Source of the DNA: an uncultured Gemmatimonadales bacterium | Lineage (GTDB): Bacteria; Gemmatimonadota; Gemmatimonadetes; Gemmatimonadales; GWC2-71-9 | Reading direction: 5' to 3' | NCBI GenBank assembly: GCA_963844035.1 | Contig: CAWJMT010000004.1 | Location: 64,001-128,000 of the forward strand | Length of the DNA: 64,000 bases | Shown: piece by piece, positions 36,445-47,800 of the stretch | Layout of the letters: each line of letters begins with the position of its first letter | Position numbering within the stretch: the stretch's first letter is position 1 | Program-made: the position numbers and the translations under genes | The notes under the pieces: generated by a model | Seen by the model: the letters and a program-made list of their open reading frames with translations, nothing else | What the model was told of the DNA's origin: nothing | Databases searched by the model: none

Positions 36445-37665
36445 ACGCCCTTCAGCAGCTCGCGGCACTCCTCGTCGGTCAGCACGTGATCGCCGCGCTT
36501 GGCCGCGTCGAGCAGGACCTTGCACGCCGCCGCATCGTCTGCGTCGTAACCGTGCGTCTCGAGCCAGTGCTTGACGTTGGAGAGTCCGGAGAGCGGCGAA
36601 ATCTCGATTTTCTGCGACAGCCCGAGCTCCTCGGCAGGAATCGCGCTATACACGCGATTCGCCAGCCAGTCGTCACCCTTGCGCTTCGCCTTGATGATGG
36701 CGGCCGCGTGCACTCCGGTTCCGGTGCGGAACGCGTCGGCACCGAACACAGGATAGTTGGCGGGGATCGGCAGGCCGACGGCTTGGGCCGCCAGCGCGCA
36801 GTATTCGGGGAGGCGCGACAGGTCCCGCCGGTGCGCGCCCAGCAGGTTCAAGTTGACGAGCAGCAGGTCCATCTCGGCGTTCCCGACCCGCTCCCCAACG
36901 CCGAGGGCGGTAGCGTGGATCCGGTCCGCGCCCGCAGCGATCGCCGTCAGGCAGTTGACCAGGCCGAGGCCGCGGTCGCGGTGGCCGTGCCAGTCGAGCT
37001 TGACGCTCCGCCCGCGGATCACGTCCTGCCGCGCGAACTGCACCAGCGCTCGAACACCTTCCGGCGTCGCGTGACCCACCGTGTCGCACAGGCAGATCCG
37101 AGTGGCACCGCAGTCGATCGCCGCTCCGTACAGGGCCCGCAAGGTCTCGGGCCGGGCGCGGGTCGTATCCTCGGTGACGTACATGACCGGCAGGCCATGC
37201 CCGACGGCGTACGACACCGCTTCTTTCGTCGCCTGGAGCATGTGCTCGAGCGTCCAATCCTCGGCGTATTGCCGGATCGGCGATGACCCGATGAACGCCG
37301 CCACCTCGATCCGGATACCCAGCTCGTCCGCGATCCGCACGATCGGCTCGACGTCCGCAATCACGGTACGCGCCGCGCAATTGGGCGCGATGGGAAGGCG
37401 CTGGTCCCGGATCTCCTGGGCCAGGGCCCGCACGTGCTCGACCGCCCGCGGCCCGGCGCCCGGAAGCCCGATGTTCGCCGCCCCGATTCCGAGGTCCGCC
37501 ATCAGGTGCAGCAGGCGTTTCTTGACGTCGAGGGACGGATCCCGGACGGAAGGGGATTGCAGCCCGTCGCGCAGCGTCTCGTCGTCCAGCTCCACGCTGC
37601 GCCTGGGTCCAATCGAACGCGGGTAAGGCCTGGTTCCAATCGTAGATCAAGGCGCGTTCGTCCAT
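36435..37665 (-). CDS. 2-isopropylmalate synthase (LeuA)-family DRE-TIM protein lacking the regulatory domain, frameshift ~37600
   Basis: DETLRDGLQ, EDTTRA, CDTVG, HGHRDRGLG, GVGERVGN, TGVHAAA. Confidence 0.88.
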
Positions 37666-37754
37666 GAAGAAAGTGTCGCCTGGGGTGGGGGAAGAGGGAA
37701 GGGGGACGGGGGAAGGGTGGAGCAGCATTCTGGAAAACGGCTAGTTTGGCACGG

Positions 37755-38976
37755 ATGAACGACGTGATTGCAAGGCTGTCGGCGCACGAGCGGATTCGCG
37801 CCGCGCGCCATCACATCGAGCGCACCGACGAGGTAACGCTCGCACGCCAGGCGGCCCTGTCCGCGATCCCCGCGCCCACCGGCGCGGAGACGCAGCGCGC
37901 GCGCGCGGACGGCGGAGCTGTTCCGCGAAGTAGGCCTGGGCAACGTCGTGATCGATGAGGTGGGGAACGTACACGGATGGTTGCCGGGGAACGGACAACG
38001 GGCGACAGGGAACGGCTCGGCCCCCGTCGTGGTCGCCGCGCACCTCGACACGGTGTTCGGGCCCGAGGTGCGGGTGGCGGTCGAGCGCCGCGGAGAGCGA
38101 CTGGAAGGCCCCGGTATCTCGGACAACGCACGGGGCCTCACGGCGCTCGTCGCCGTCGCCGACGCCTTGGTGCGGGCCCGGGTCCACACCGCGCGTCCGG
38201 TACTGTTCGTCGCGACGGTGGGAGAGGAAGGGTCGGGCGATCTCCGGGGGGTCAAGCACCTGTTGAACGGGAAGAACGGCGACACCCCCACCCCCGCCGC
38301 CTTCATCGCGCTGGATGGCGCCGGGCTCGAACGCATCGTCCATCGCGCGCTCGGGTCGCGGCGCTACCGCGTGACGTTCCGCGGACCGGGAGGCCATTCC
38401 TGGGCCGCGTTCGGCGTGGCGAACCCCGCCAACGCGGTGGGCCGCGCCATCGCACTGCTCGCCGACCTGCCGATCAAGGCCGAGCCCCGCACCACGTGCG
38501 CCGTCGTCCGGATAGGCGGAGGCACCGGGCTCAACTCCATTCCGCAGGAAGCGTGGGTGGATCTCGACCTGCGCAGCGAGGACCCCAAGGCCCTGGCGCA
38601 GATCGACCTGACCGTCCGCGCTGCGCTCGACCGCGCCGCGGACGACGAAAACCGGCGCCGCGTCCCCGGCAGTGCGGCGCTCAGCGTCCACATCCAGCTG
38701 GTCGGCGACCGGCCCTCGGGGGTCACACCGCGCACCCATCCCCTCGTCCAGGTCGCCGTGGCGGCGAACCGCGCGCTCGGCCGTGACGCCGAGCTGGCCA
38801 GCGCGTCCACCGACGCGAACGTCGCGATCGCGCTCGGCATACCCGCGATCGCCCTCGGCGCGGGGGGCCGCGCAGGCGACGCACATCTCACGACAGAGTG
38901 GTATGAAAACTCGGACGGCGCGTTGGGAGTGCTGCGGGCGTTGCTCGTGACCGCGGCGATGGCCGAGGTGGTGTGA
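37755..38976 (+). CDS. M20/M25/M40 family metallopeptidase, frameshift ~37905
   Basis: AAHLDTVF, PGISDNARG, GEEGSGDLRG, GPGGHSW, STDAN, H..EWY. Confidence 0.92.
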
Positions 38977-39311
38977 CGCGCGCGGCCCCCCTTCTTGCCA
39001 TCGCACTCCTCGCCGGATGCCAGAGCGGCACAGGGGCAGACTCTCCGACACTGATGGTCAACAACGCGAGTACGGTTGCGTTCTCAATTACGGTCGTCTA
39101 CCCGGGCGGTCAGGCCGCGTTCGGCTCCGTCGCTAGTGGGGGGCAGCGCTGCCTTACCCTCCCGGGTTACGACAGCCTGTATGTGGACGTGTCCGGGGGG
39201 CGGGGCACCCCGTGGTTTCATCCTGCACAGTCGTCGGGGTGGGTTCTCACGATCAGCGGGTCGAGCTCCGCCTACCACGTCATTCTCGGGACGGGGAACG
39301 CGTGCAAATAG
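38973..39311 (+). CDS. Small hypothetical lipoprotein
   Basis: Lipobox LAGC after hydrophobic stretch; start overlaps upstream stop (GTGA). Confidence 0.6.
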   Translation: MTRAAPLLAIALLAGCQSGTGADSPTLMVNNASTVAFSITVVYPGGQAAFGSVASGGQRCLTLPGYDSLYVDVSGGRGTPWFHPAQSSGWVLTISGSSSAYHVILGTGNACK

Positions 39312-39328
39312 AATTAGAACGCTCGGAG

Positions 39329-40120
39329 CTACCTCTTCACCTTTTCCTGAAACAATCGCGCCACCCGGACCACGAGGCCCCGCGGCGAGAACCGGATGGC
39401 GAACGGCGTGAGACGATTGAACAGGCCTGGCAGCACCATGCGCTGTCCGCGCATCAATCCCGCGTACCCTGCCCTGGCCACCGTACCCGCATCCATCGTT
39501 ATCCCCGGCAGGTTGAACAAGCGCGTGGTCTGCATGTGGGCTAACGCCTGGAACTCCGTGGGCGTGGGCCCGGGGCACAAGACCGTCATGGTCACGCCGG
39601 AGCCGCGCAGCTCCTCCCCTACCGCCTCAGACAGGGAAATGACGTACGCCTTGGTCGCGTAGTAGACCGACATCAGCGGACCGGGTGGGAACCCCGCCGT
39701 GGAGGCGACGTTGAGTATCCGCCCGCGGCGGCGTGCGAGCATCCCCGGAAGAAAAAGCCTCGTCAGGGCGGTCAGGGCCGTGACGTTGACCTCGATCATG
39801 CGGCGTTCAGTCTCGAGATCGGTCTTGGCGAACGGGCCGAGCTCGCCGAACCCGGCGTTGTTCACGAGGACGTCCACCGCGACCGACGCGGCCGCCAGCT
39901 GGCGCTCGATCTCGGCGGGCGTCGTGGGGTCCGCCAGATCGGCGCCAATCGCCCGGTAACTGATCCCGTGCCGGTGCGCGAGATCGTCCCCGAGGGCCTC
40001 GAGCCTCTCACGCCGCCGGGCCACCAGCACGAGGTCGTAGCCGTCCCGCGCGAACAGCTTGGCGAGCTCCAGGCCGATCCCACTCGACGCGCCGGTGATG
40101 AGCGCCGTTCCGGCCGTCAT
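39329..40120 (-). CDS. SDR family oxidoreductase
   Basis: TGASSGIG, LVNNAG, YYATK. Confidence 0.93.
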   Translation of the reverse strand: MTAGTALITGASSGIGLELAKLFARDGYDLVLVARRRERLEALGDDLAHRHGISYRAIGADLADPTTPAEIERQLAAASVAVDVLVNNAGFGELGPFAKTDLETERRMIEVNVTALTALTRLFLPGMLARRRGRILNVASTAGFPPGPLMSVYYATKAYVISLSEAVGEELRGSGVTMTVLCPGPTPTEFQALAHMQTTRLFNLPGITMDAGTVARAGYAGLMRGQRMVLPGLFNRLTPFAIRFSPRGLVVRVARLFQEKVKR

Positions 40121-40584
40121 GCCGGGCTCGCCGGGCTCAACGCCCGCACCGCCTCCATCGCTTCCGTGCTGTGACGCGTGACCAGGAGCTGGGAGGAGTA
40201 GATGTGGCGCACGATACCGGCCGGATCAATCACGTAGGTCACGCGTCCCGGCAGAATTCCCAGCGTCTTCTCGACGCCGTACAGCTCGCGCACTGCGCCG
40301 GCACGGTCGCTCAGGAGCCGGAACGTGAGTCCCTCGCTCGCGGCGAAGCGGCGGTGCGACGCCACGGAATCCGAGCTGATGCCGATCACCTCGGCGCCCG
40401 CCTGTTGGAAGTCGTCGTACGCACTCTGGAACGTCCGAGCCTCGATCGTACATCCGGGCGTGGCATCCTTGGGATAGAAGTACAACACGACGGCGGTGCG
40501 GCCCAGCAGCTGCCGCAGCTGCACCGGCTTCCCGTCCTGGTCGGGCAGGGTGAAATCGGGCGCCGCGTCGCCGACCTGGACCAT
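40117..40584 (-). CDS. bcp: Peroxiredoxin (BCP/PrxQ)
   Basis: MVQVGDAAPDFTLPDQ, YFYPKDATPGCTIEA. Confidence 0.9.
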   Translation of the reverse strand: MVQVGDAAPDFTLPDQDGKPVQLRQLLGRTAVVLYFYPKDATPGCTIEARTFQSAYDDFQQAGAEVIGISSDSVASHRRFAASEGLTFRLLSDRAGAVRELYGVEKTLGILPGRVTYVIDPAGIVRHIYSSQLLVTRHSTEAMEAVRALSPASPA

Positions 40585-42162
40585 CAATGCGCCGGCCCCG
40601 CGCCCTGCATCCCCCGGTTGCGATGCATGAGCAGCAGCAGCGGGAGGGACAGCACGAAGACCGCTCCGAAGAGCAGGAACAGCTGTTCGAACGAGAGCAT
40701 CAGCGCCTGCCGTGTCACCATGCCGTCTATCACCTTCAATGCGGCCCCGTCGGCGAGTGCCGGCGGGCGTGCCATGGGCCGTCAGGTTCGCGGCGATCGC
40801 CGCCATCCGCGCCCGTGTCACGTCGCTGTACAGCGACACCTGGGCGATGAGGTCGCCCCGGTGGATCGCCTGGAACCGCTGGAGCAGCGTGGCCGACACG
40901 GCGATCCCGACGCTGCCGCCGAGCTGGCGCATCAGGTTGAAGAGGCCGGTGCCGTTGGGGATCTTGCTCATGGGCAGGTCGGCGAGCGCGAGGTTCGTCA
41001 GGGGAACGAAGATCAGGCCCAGGCCCACGCCGCGGAAGATGAGCGGCCAGAAGAAATCCGCCATGCCGCTCTGCATCGTGAAGTGGCCGTGCTTCCACAT
41101 GGAGAGCGCGAAGATGAATACGCCGGCCATGATGGACAGCCGCGCATCGAACTTGCCCGTCAAGCGACCCATCACCGCCATCGTAAATGCGCTCGCCAGC
41201 GCGCCGGGCAGGATGACGAATCCCGTCTGCTCCGCTGTGAACCCTTGGAGGCTCTGGAGGTACACGGGAAGCACGAACACGGTGGCGTAGAGACAGACGC
41301 CCAGGATCCCCCCGAACACCACCCCCACGGCCAGCTGGCGGCTCGCCAGGATCCGCAGATCGACCACCGGGTGCTCGGTCGTGAGCTCGTGCCACACGAA
41401 CACGATGAGCGATGCCGCGCTGACGAGCCCCAAGGCGGTCACCATCCCTGAGTCGAACCAGTCGAGCCGCTCTCCCCGCTCGAGCATGGTTTGCAGCGTC
41501 CCGATCCCCAGCGCGAGCAGCAGCAACCCGATGTAGTCCACGCGCTCGGCCCGCTGTTGGTAGCCCGAGTTCTGGATGAACGTGAGCGACAGCGCCAGCG
41601 CCAGCATCCCGAGGGGGAGGTTGATGTAGAAGATCCAGGGCCAGCCGAACGCGTCGGTGATGTATCCACCGAGCGTCGGGCCCAGGGTCGGCCCGACCAT
41701 CACCCCCACGCCGAAGATGGCCATCGCCGTGCCGTACTCTTCGCGGGGAAACTCCTCGTACAGAATCGCCTGGGACGTGGCGAGCAGCGCCCCGCCCCCC
41801 AGCCCCTGGATGATGCGCCACACCACGAGCGACTCGAGCGTGTGCGCGTTGCCGCAGAAGAACGACGCGATCACAAAGATCGCGATCGATCCGGCGAAAT
41901 ACCGGCGGCGCCCGAAAAATGCCGAGAGCCAGCCGGTGATCGGCAGGATGATGACGTTGGCCACGATGTAGCCCGTGGACACCCAGGCGATCTCGTCGAG
42001 CGTGGCCCCGAGGTTCCCCATCATGTGCGGGATCGCCACGTTCACGATGCTCGTGTCGAGCAGCTCGAGCACCGACGCGAGCGACACCGTTACCGCGATG
42101 AAATAGCGGTTGCGGTACCGGTCCGGGACGGTGGATGGGACGGGAAGAGCAGCGGTCGCCAC
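40584..42162 (-). CDS. DHA2-family MFS efflux permease (EmrB-like), frameshift ~40765
   Basis: ELLDTSIVNVAIP, WVSTGY, GPTLGPTLGG, WIFYINLP, NLMRQLGGS. Confidence 0.93.
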
Positions 42163-42169
42163 CGACGCC

Positions 42170-43231
42170 TTACCGCGTTTGAATCGTCACGGTGACGCTC
42201 ATCCCCGGGCGCAGCGGGTGGGCGGAGTCCACGGCCTCGGGCCGGATCCGCACCGGGACCCGCTGGACCACTTTGGTGAAGTTCCCCGTCGCGTTGTCCG
42301 GGGGCAGCAGCGAGAACCGCGCGCCCGTGGCGGGCGAAAGGCTCTCGACGTGGCCCGTGGCCCGCAGCCCGGAATACGCATCCACCGTGAACTCGACCGG
42401 GTCGCCGGGCTTCACGTGCTCGATCTGCGTTTCCTTGAGGTTGGCCGTGATCCACACGTCGTCGAGCGGGACCACGCTCATCAGCGGCTGGCCCGGCTGC
42501 ACGAGTTGCCCCACCTCTACCCCCTTCTTGCTCACGACGCCCGAGGCTGGGGCGATGACCCTGGTGTACGAAAGGTTCAACGCCGCCTGGTCCCGCGCCG
42601 CGCGCATCGCGCCGACGCGGGCGTCCGCCGCCAACAGCGCCGCCTGGGCGGCGGCGAGCGCCGCGTCAGCTCCGCGGGCCGCCGTCTCGGCTGCATCCAG
42701 CTGCTGCCTGCTCACGATCTCCTGCTCGGCGAGCGGCCGAAGGCGATCGAGGTCGGCTTGCGCCTTGGCCGCGTTGGCCAGCGCCTGCTCCACCTGCGCT
42801 TCCGCCTGCCCTACCCGCGCCCGGTTGTTGACGCCCGCCAGCGCCACCGCCAGGTCCGCATCCGCCTGGATCAGACGAACCTGGTAGTCGCGGTCGTCGA
42901 GCATGACCAGCGTATCGCCGGCGGTGACGTGCTGGTTCTCGATCACCCGCACGGCGACCACAAAGCCGCCCACCTTGGGGAGAATCGGGATGATGTGGCC
43001 GTCAACCTGCGCGTCGTCCGTCGTCACGTGGGTCCGTCCGAGCCACCAGCGGTGCGCTCCGACGGCCAGCAGGCCGGCGAGCGCCACGCCCATGATCGCG
43101 AAGGCGATGCGGCGGCGGCCCCCGGGCTGCGGGGCGGCTGGGGTCACCGAAGGGCTCATGTCGCGTCGCGCCCCGGGTGTGGGAGCTGTTTCGGGTACCG
43201 GCTTGGCTGTCGTGGCCATGGCATCACTCAT
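42170..43231 (-). CDS. HlyD/EmrA membrane-fusion protein
   Basis: TTDDAQV, ANLKETQ, PATGARFSLLPPDNATGNFTKVVQRVPV. Confidence 0.95.
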   Translation of the reverse strand: MSDAMATTAKPVPETAPTPGARRDMSPSVTPAAPQPGGRRRIAFAIMGVALAGLLAVGAHRWWLGRTHVTTDDAQVDGHIIPILPKVGGFVVAVRVIENQHVTAGDTLVMLDDRDYQVRLIQADADLAVALAGVNNRARVGQAEAQVEQALANAAKAQADLDRLRPLAEQEIVSRQQLDAAETAARGADAALAAAQAALLAADARVGAMRAARDQAALNLSYTRVIAPASGVVSKKGVEVGQLVQPGQPLMSVVPLDDVWITANLKETQIEHVKPGDPVEFTVDAYSGLRATGHVESLSPATGARFSLLPPDNATGNFTKVVQRVPVRIRPEAVDSAHPLRPGMSVTVTIQTR

Positions 43232-43249
43232 GTCGTTGGGTGTATCGGG

Positions 43250-44576
43250 TCAATGGAGCGTCTGGGCGACGCCCACGGCGCTCGCCAGCGCCACACGGGC
43301 GACGGCGGCGCGAAACCGGGCGTCGATGTCGGCATCGCGCGCCTCGAGCAGCGACGCCTGGGCGTTGATCACTTCGATGTTGCCGGCGACGCCGGCGGCG
43401 AACCGCTCGCGCGCCTGCGACAGCTCGTCCTCCGCCAGCTGCATCCGCTCGGCAGCGATCGACTGCTGCGCCGCGACCGAGCGAAGCTCCAGCAGGGCGC
43501 CTTCTACTTCCGCGGCGATTTCCTGACGCAGGTCATGCTCCCGCAGCTCCGACACGCTGGCGAGCGCGTGCTGCTCCGCGAGCCGCCCTTCGCGGCGAAA
43601 TCCGTCGAGGATCGGAATGCTCACCGCGACGGCGATCTGCCGCGTGTAAATGGCGCTGGGCACATCCGGGCCGTTGACGCCGACATCGCCCTCCAGGCTG
43701 AGCTTCGGCAGCCGCTCCGCCGCAATCGCCGAACCGGTGGTCCGCGCCGCCAAGCCGCGCGCGACCTCAGCTTTGAGATCGGGGCGCATCGCGACGCCGC
43801 GCGCAATCGCCGAGTCGCGCTCCACCGGGACGTTCGCGGCGGCGAGCCCGCTCGAGAGCGTGTCGGTAAGCTCGATCGGCGTCGTGGGGTCCAGGCCGAG
43901 CGCGCGCGCCAGTTCGAGGCGCGCACGGTCGCTCTGGTTCTGCGCCACGATCAGCGAGCCCCACCGAGACCGCGAGCTGGGTGCGCGCCCGGGTGACGTC
44001 GATGGATGCGCTGACGCCGGCGGCCTTTTGCGCCACGGCGAGCCGCACCAGCTCCGCCGCGATACTCGAATCGGCGCGCCGTGCCCCGGCCGACGCGGCA
44101 GCCCGCGCGGCGCGCAGGTAGGCGACCGCGGCAGCCCGAGCCGCGCCCTCCACGGCCACGCTGCGGTCCGCTCCGCTGCCATCAGCCTGCGCGCGGGCGG
44201 CATGGACGCGCTTGATACTGGCAAAGTCGAACAGCGTCTGCGTCGCCGTCGCCCGGGCGTCAAAGTTGTCGAACGGCCCGATGAGCTCCGGGACCGTCGG
44301 CAATTCAATCCCCAGGGACCGCGAGTTGAAGCTGCGGCTGGCCCACGCACTGCTGAGGGAGAGAGACGGTAACAGGGGGCCTCGGGCCTGGCGCACGCGC
44401 GCCTCCGCCGCGTCCACCTGCAGTCCGGCGATCGCGACGGCCGGCGCCGTCCCCGCGGCCTGACTCACCGCCTGGCCGAAGGAGAGCCGCACCGGCACCG
44501 GGGCCGGCGCCTGCGCCTCGAGCCGCGCGGCGCCCGCGAGGGCAAGCCAAAGAGCCATTCCGTATCGAGCCATCAT
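43250..44576 (-). CDS. TolC family outer-membrane efflux protein, frameshift ~43960
   Basis: Signal peptide, LLPSLSL, PILDGF, ERFAAGVAGNIEVINAQ. Confidence 0.9.
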
Positions 44577-45250
44577 GCGATCCTATCCGGCTGGGTGGCG
44601 ATGCCGCGAAGGAAGATGCGAACGTGGTGATCGATGTAGCTGGCGACGTCCAGGCCATCGGGCGTGCACAGCGCAAACGAGTGGCGCCAGTTGGCGACGT
44701 GGAGCAGCGGCGCCATGGCGAGCTTGACGGCGATCTTGACGTCGAGCCGGCGGAACTCCCCGTTCTTGATCCCCAGCTCCACGACACTCGCCATCAGGCG
44801 GTGACCGCGGGTGATGACCTCGTCGTAGTAGAAGCGTGCCAGTACCGGGAAGTTGACGGCCTCGGCCATCATCAGCTTGGGAATACCGGACAGACGCGTC
44901 TCCCCGATCAGCTCCCACCATTTCCGCACCAGCTGGCTGAACAGGTCCGCGGCGCTGCCGTGATGCGCCGCCACCATCTCTTCGCCCCGCGCGAAGACCG
45001 GCAGGATCGTCTCGCGCACGACCGCCTTGAAGAGCGCTTCTTTGTTTTCGAAGTAGAGGTAGACAGTCCCTTTGGTCACGCCGGCGCGCCGCGCCACCTC
45101 CTCGAGCTTCGTGGTGGCAAACCCGCGCTCCACGAACACCTCGAGGGCGGCCGCGACGATCTCGGCCGGCCGCGCTTCTTTGCGGCGCTGCCAGCGCGGA
45201 CCCGCGCGGCGCTTCGGTGTCGACTTGCGATGGGAGACGGCGTTGGGCAT
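44573..45250 (-). CDS. TetR/AcrR family regulator
   Basis: EIVAAALEVFVERGFATT..EVARRAGVTKGTVYLYFENKEALF. Confidence 0.95.
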   Translation of the reverse strand: MPNAVSHRKSTPKRRAGPRWQRRKEARPAEIVAAALEVFVERGFATTKLEEVARRAGVTKGTVYLYFENKEALFKAVVRETILPVFARGEEMVAAHHGSAADLFSQLVRKWWELIGETRLSGIPKLMMAEAVNFPVLARFYYDEVITRGHRLMASVVELGIKNGEFRRLDVKIAVKLAMAPLLHVANWRHSFALCTPDGLDVASYIDHHVRIFLRGIATQPDRIA

Positions 45251-45254
45251 GTCC

Positions 45255-45303
45255 GGAACCTCAAAGGTTAGTTACTGAACAGAGAGTAACTTATTGAGGT
45301 TCC
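45255..45303. promoter_or_regulatory. Nested inverted repeat, probable TetR operator for the efflux operon
   Basis: GGAACCTCAA..AGTTACT-GAACAGAG-AGTAACT..TTGAGGTTCC immediately upstream of the tetR start. Confidence 0.7.
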
Positions 45304-45322
45304 CTGAACCGTCAAGAGCGGC

Positions 45323-45825
45323 CTAGCGCGCCATGCGCTCCCGGAAGAACGCCATCATCCCGGCGCTGGGCGGCTTCACGTCGATCTGCCGCAGCATGAC
45401 GATCACCTGCCCCCGGTGGTACGACGAGTGGTCCACGGTGTGGAGAAACATCTGGCGGAAGGTGTGGGTGTAGGCTCCCCCGCCGGTGGGCTGGATCGTG
45501 ATCCCGTCCTGCAGCCTGGCCGCGGTGAACCCGGCGAGGAACGTCGCCCGCTCCGCCTCCACCGCCTCCCAGCGCGCCCGGGCCTCGGGCAGGCCGGCGA
45601 GATCCTTCCCCTGCGGGCGTGGCCGGCGGCGGCTTGGCCACCCAGCGAGTTCAGCCAGAGCTGCTCGGCCCACACGATGTGGCACACCGTGCCGTGAATA
45701 CTGCCGAAGCTGCTCTTCAGGTCCCGCGTGTACTGCTCGGCGGGGAGCGCCGTCAGCGCGTCAAAGATGCGGCGGTTGGCCCAGGCGTTGTACTCGAAGG
45801 ACTCACGCACATCCTCTACGTTCAC
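45323..45825 (-). CDS. DinB/YfiT family protein, frameshifted
   Basis: YNAWANRR, SFGSIHGTVCHI, HTVDHSSYHRGQ. Confidence 0.88.
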
Positions 45826-45852
45826 GCATCCTCCTCTGGTCTGAAGGGTCGT

Positions 45853-45891
45853 CCCCCTCGCCACACGGTGGAGAGGGGTCAGGGGGTGAGG
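45853..45891 (-). repeat. REP-like hairpin/terminator
   Basis: Minus strand CCTCACCCCCTGACCCCTCTCCAC-CGT-GTGGCGAGGGG directly after a stop codon. Confidence 0.55.
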
Positions 45892-46878
45892 TCAACGCGC
45901 CGCTGCGAGCTCGCCGGCATCGAGCACGCTGCGCTCCACGACCTTTCCCTCGATCACCTGGTTGTCGCCCACCAGCGAGCCGCGCACGGTGGCGCGGTTC
46001 ACCCGCACGTTCTTGCCGAGGATGCTGTTTTCAATCGTGCTGTCGCGCACATCGCTGCCCGTTTCGATCGTGACGTTCGGTCCGATCGTCGCGTCGCGCA
46101 GCGTGACGCCATCCTCGATGTACACGGGGGGCCGGATCGTGACCCCGGGAACGGGCTGCGGCGCCCGCGCCCGGCCGTGCTCCAGCAGATGGTGATTGGT
46201 CTCGAGCACCGTGTCCACCTTGCCGCAATCGTACCAGCCGGTCACCTCGGCCACCTGCAGCTTGCGCCCATGGTCCACCATGTACTGAAACGCGTCGGTC
46301 AGGTAGAACTCGCCGCCGACCCCGGGCGGCCGGCGCATCACCTCCGCGATCCCATCGAACAACGTGCGCCAGTCGCGCATGTAGTACAACCCGATGTTCG
46401 CGAGCCGCGAAATCGGGGTGCTCGGCTTCTCGACGATGCGCGTCATCAACCCATTGGGGTCCGTCACCAGCACGCCGAACCGTTGATAGTCCTCCACGTG
46501 CTTCGCCCAGATGATTCCATCCGCGTCGCTCGTCTGCACCAGCGACATGTCGGCATCGAACAACGTGTCCACGAACACAATGAGCACGGGACCGTCCACG
46601 TACGGCCGCGCCAGGTTAATGGCGCCCGCGGTCCCATCCAACGTTTTCTGCTCGACGAATGTCGCCCGGACGGGGTAATGCTCGACGATGTGGTACTCGA
46701 CGACCTCTTTCAGGTGACCCGTGATGACGATCAACTCCTCGACGTTGAGCCCCTTGAGCGTGTCCATCACGTAGTCCATCACGGGCCGCCCGGCGACCCG
46801 GATGAGCGGCTTGGGGACGCGCTTCGTGAGGGGCAGCAGCCGCGTGCCCTTCCCGGCCAGCGGCACGATGACTTTCAC
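45892..46878 (-). CDS. Sugar-phosphate nucleotidyltransferase
   Basis: PLAGKGTRLLPLT..PKPL, VEKP, EFYLTDA, C-terminal hexapeptide-like repeats. Confidence 0.92.
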   Translation of the reverse strand: MKVIVPLAGKGTRLLPLTKRVPKPLIRVAGRPVMDYVMDTLKGLNVEELIVITGHLKEVVEYHIVEHYPVRATFVEQKTLDGTAGAINLARPYVDGPVLIVFVDTLFDADMSLVQTSDADGIIWAKHVEDYQRFGVLVTDPNGLMTRIVEKPSTPISRLANIGLYYMRDWRTLFDGIAEVMRRPPGVGGEFYLTDAFQYMVDHGRKLQVAEVTGWYDCGKVDTVLETNHHLLEHGRARAPQPVPGVTIRPPVYIEDGVTLRDATIGPNVTIETGSDVRDSTIENSILGKNVRVNRATVRGSLVGDNQVIEGKVVERSVLDAGELAAAR

Positions 46879-47229
46879 CTACACCCTCCCATAGCGGTCC
46901 TTCAACCGCACCACGTCGTCCAGGTGCGGCGTAGATGCCTCGAGCAGATCGCTGGTCACGACCGCCTGGAACTGGTGGACCACCTTGGGCTCGATGTGGA
47001 ACGCCTCGCCCTCGCGCAGCGGGCGCTCGATCAGCGTCTCGCCCTGCTGGAAGCGCAGCACGATCTCGCCCTTCAGGACGTAGATCGATTCGTCCTTCTC
47101 CTTGTGATACTGCAGGCTGAGCACGTGTCCCGCCTCGATGTGGAGGATCTTGCCGACGTAGCGGTCGGTGCGCGCCCAGATGACCTCGTGGCCCCAGGGC
47201 TTGTCGACGCGATACGGCACCTCACTCAT
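46879..47229 (-). CDS. Cupin-domain protein (mannose-6-P isomerase-like)
   Basis: VDKPWGHE, LSLQYHKEKDE, VHQF, EASTP. Confidence 0.88.
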   Translation of the reverse strand: MSEVPYRVDKPWGHEVIWARTDRYVGKILHIEAGHVLSLQYHKEKDESIYVLKGEIVLRFQQGETLIERPLREGEAFHIEPKVVHQFQAVVTSDLLEASTPHLDDVVRLKDRYGRV

Positions 47230-47800
47230 GCCACCTCCACAGGTTGAAGAATCAGGGACGACGGTGCCGTCACGCAGGCGGTAACACACACGCCGCACCC
47301 GACACATCCCTCCGGATGAAGCACCGGGTGGCCGCCCGCGTCCAGCGCGAGCGCCCGCTCGCCCACCGGACACACCCGTGCGCACACGCCACAGGCGACG
47401 CCCTGAAACGTGATGCACCGGGCCGGATCCAGCGTCAGACTGCCCATGTGGATCGAGGACCAGCCGTCCACCGGCACCACGAGGGCGCCGGTCTCGCACG
47501 CCCGGGCACACGGCATGTCCTCGCATACCACGCACGCCTGCACAGCCGGCTCGATCCACGGCGTGCCGACCGCCAGTCCCGCCTCGGCCGGAGCCTTGAG
47601 TATGGCGTGCACCGGACAGACGGCGATGCAATCTCCGCACCGCGTGCACGTCGCGAGGAACTCGAGCTCGGACGCCGCCCCGGGCGGGCGGAAACACCGC
47701 GCGGCGCCACGCGCCGCGCCGTACGGGCGGTCGCTTCCCGCAGCAGCTTCCCAAAGGCATCCCGGAAAAAGCTGCGCCGGTCGGTCGGGCGGCCGGACAT
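47226..47800 (-). CDS. Poly-4Fe-4S ferredoxin (NapG/MauM-like), frameshift ~47690
   Basis: RRSFFR N-terminus, CxxCxxCxxxCP motifs (CTRCGDCIAVCP, CGVCARVCP, CVGCGVCVTAC). Confidence 0.85.

Noticed and set aside
40117..42162. Apparent EmrB-peroxiredoxin fusion (681-aa ORF)
   Set aside because: An indel near 40765 shifts EmrB out of frame; its real C-terminus is in ORF 40584..40775 and bcp has its own ATG overlapping that stop.
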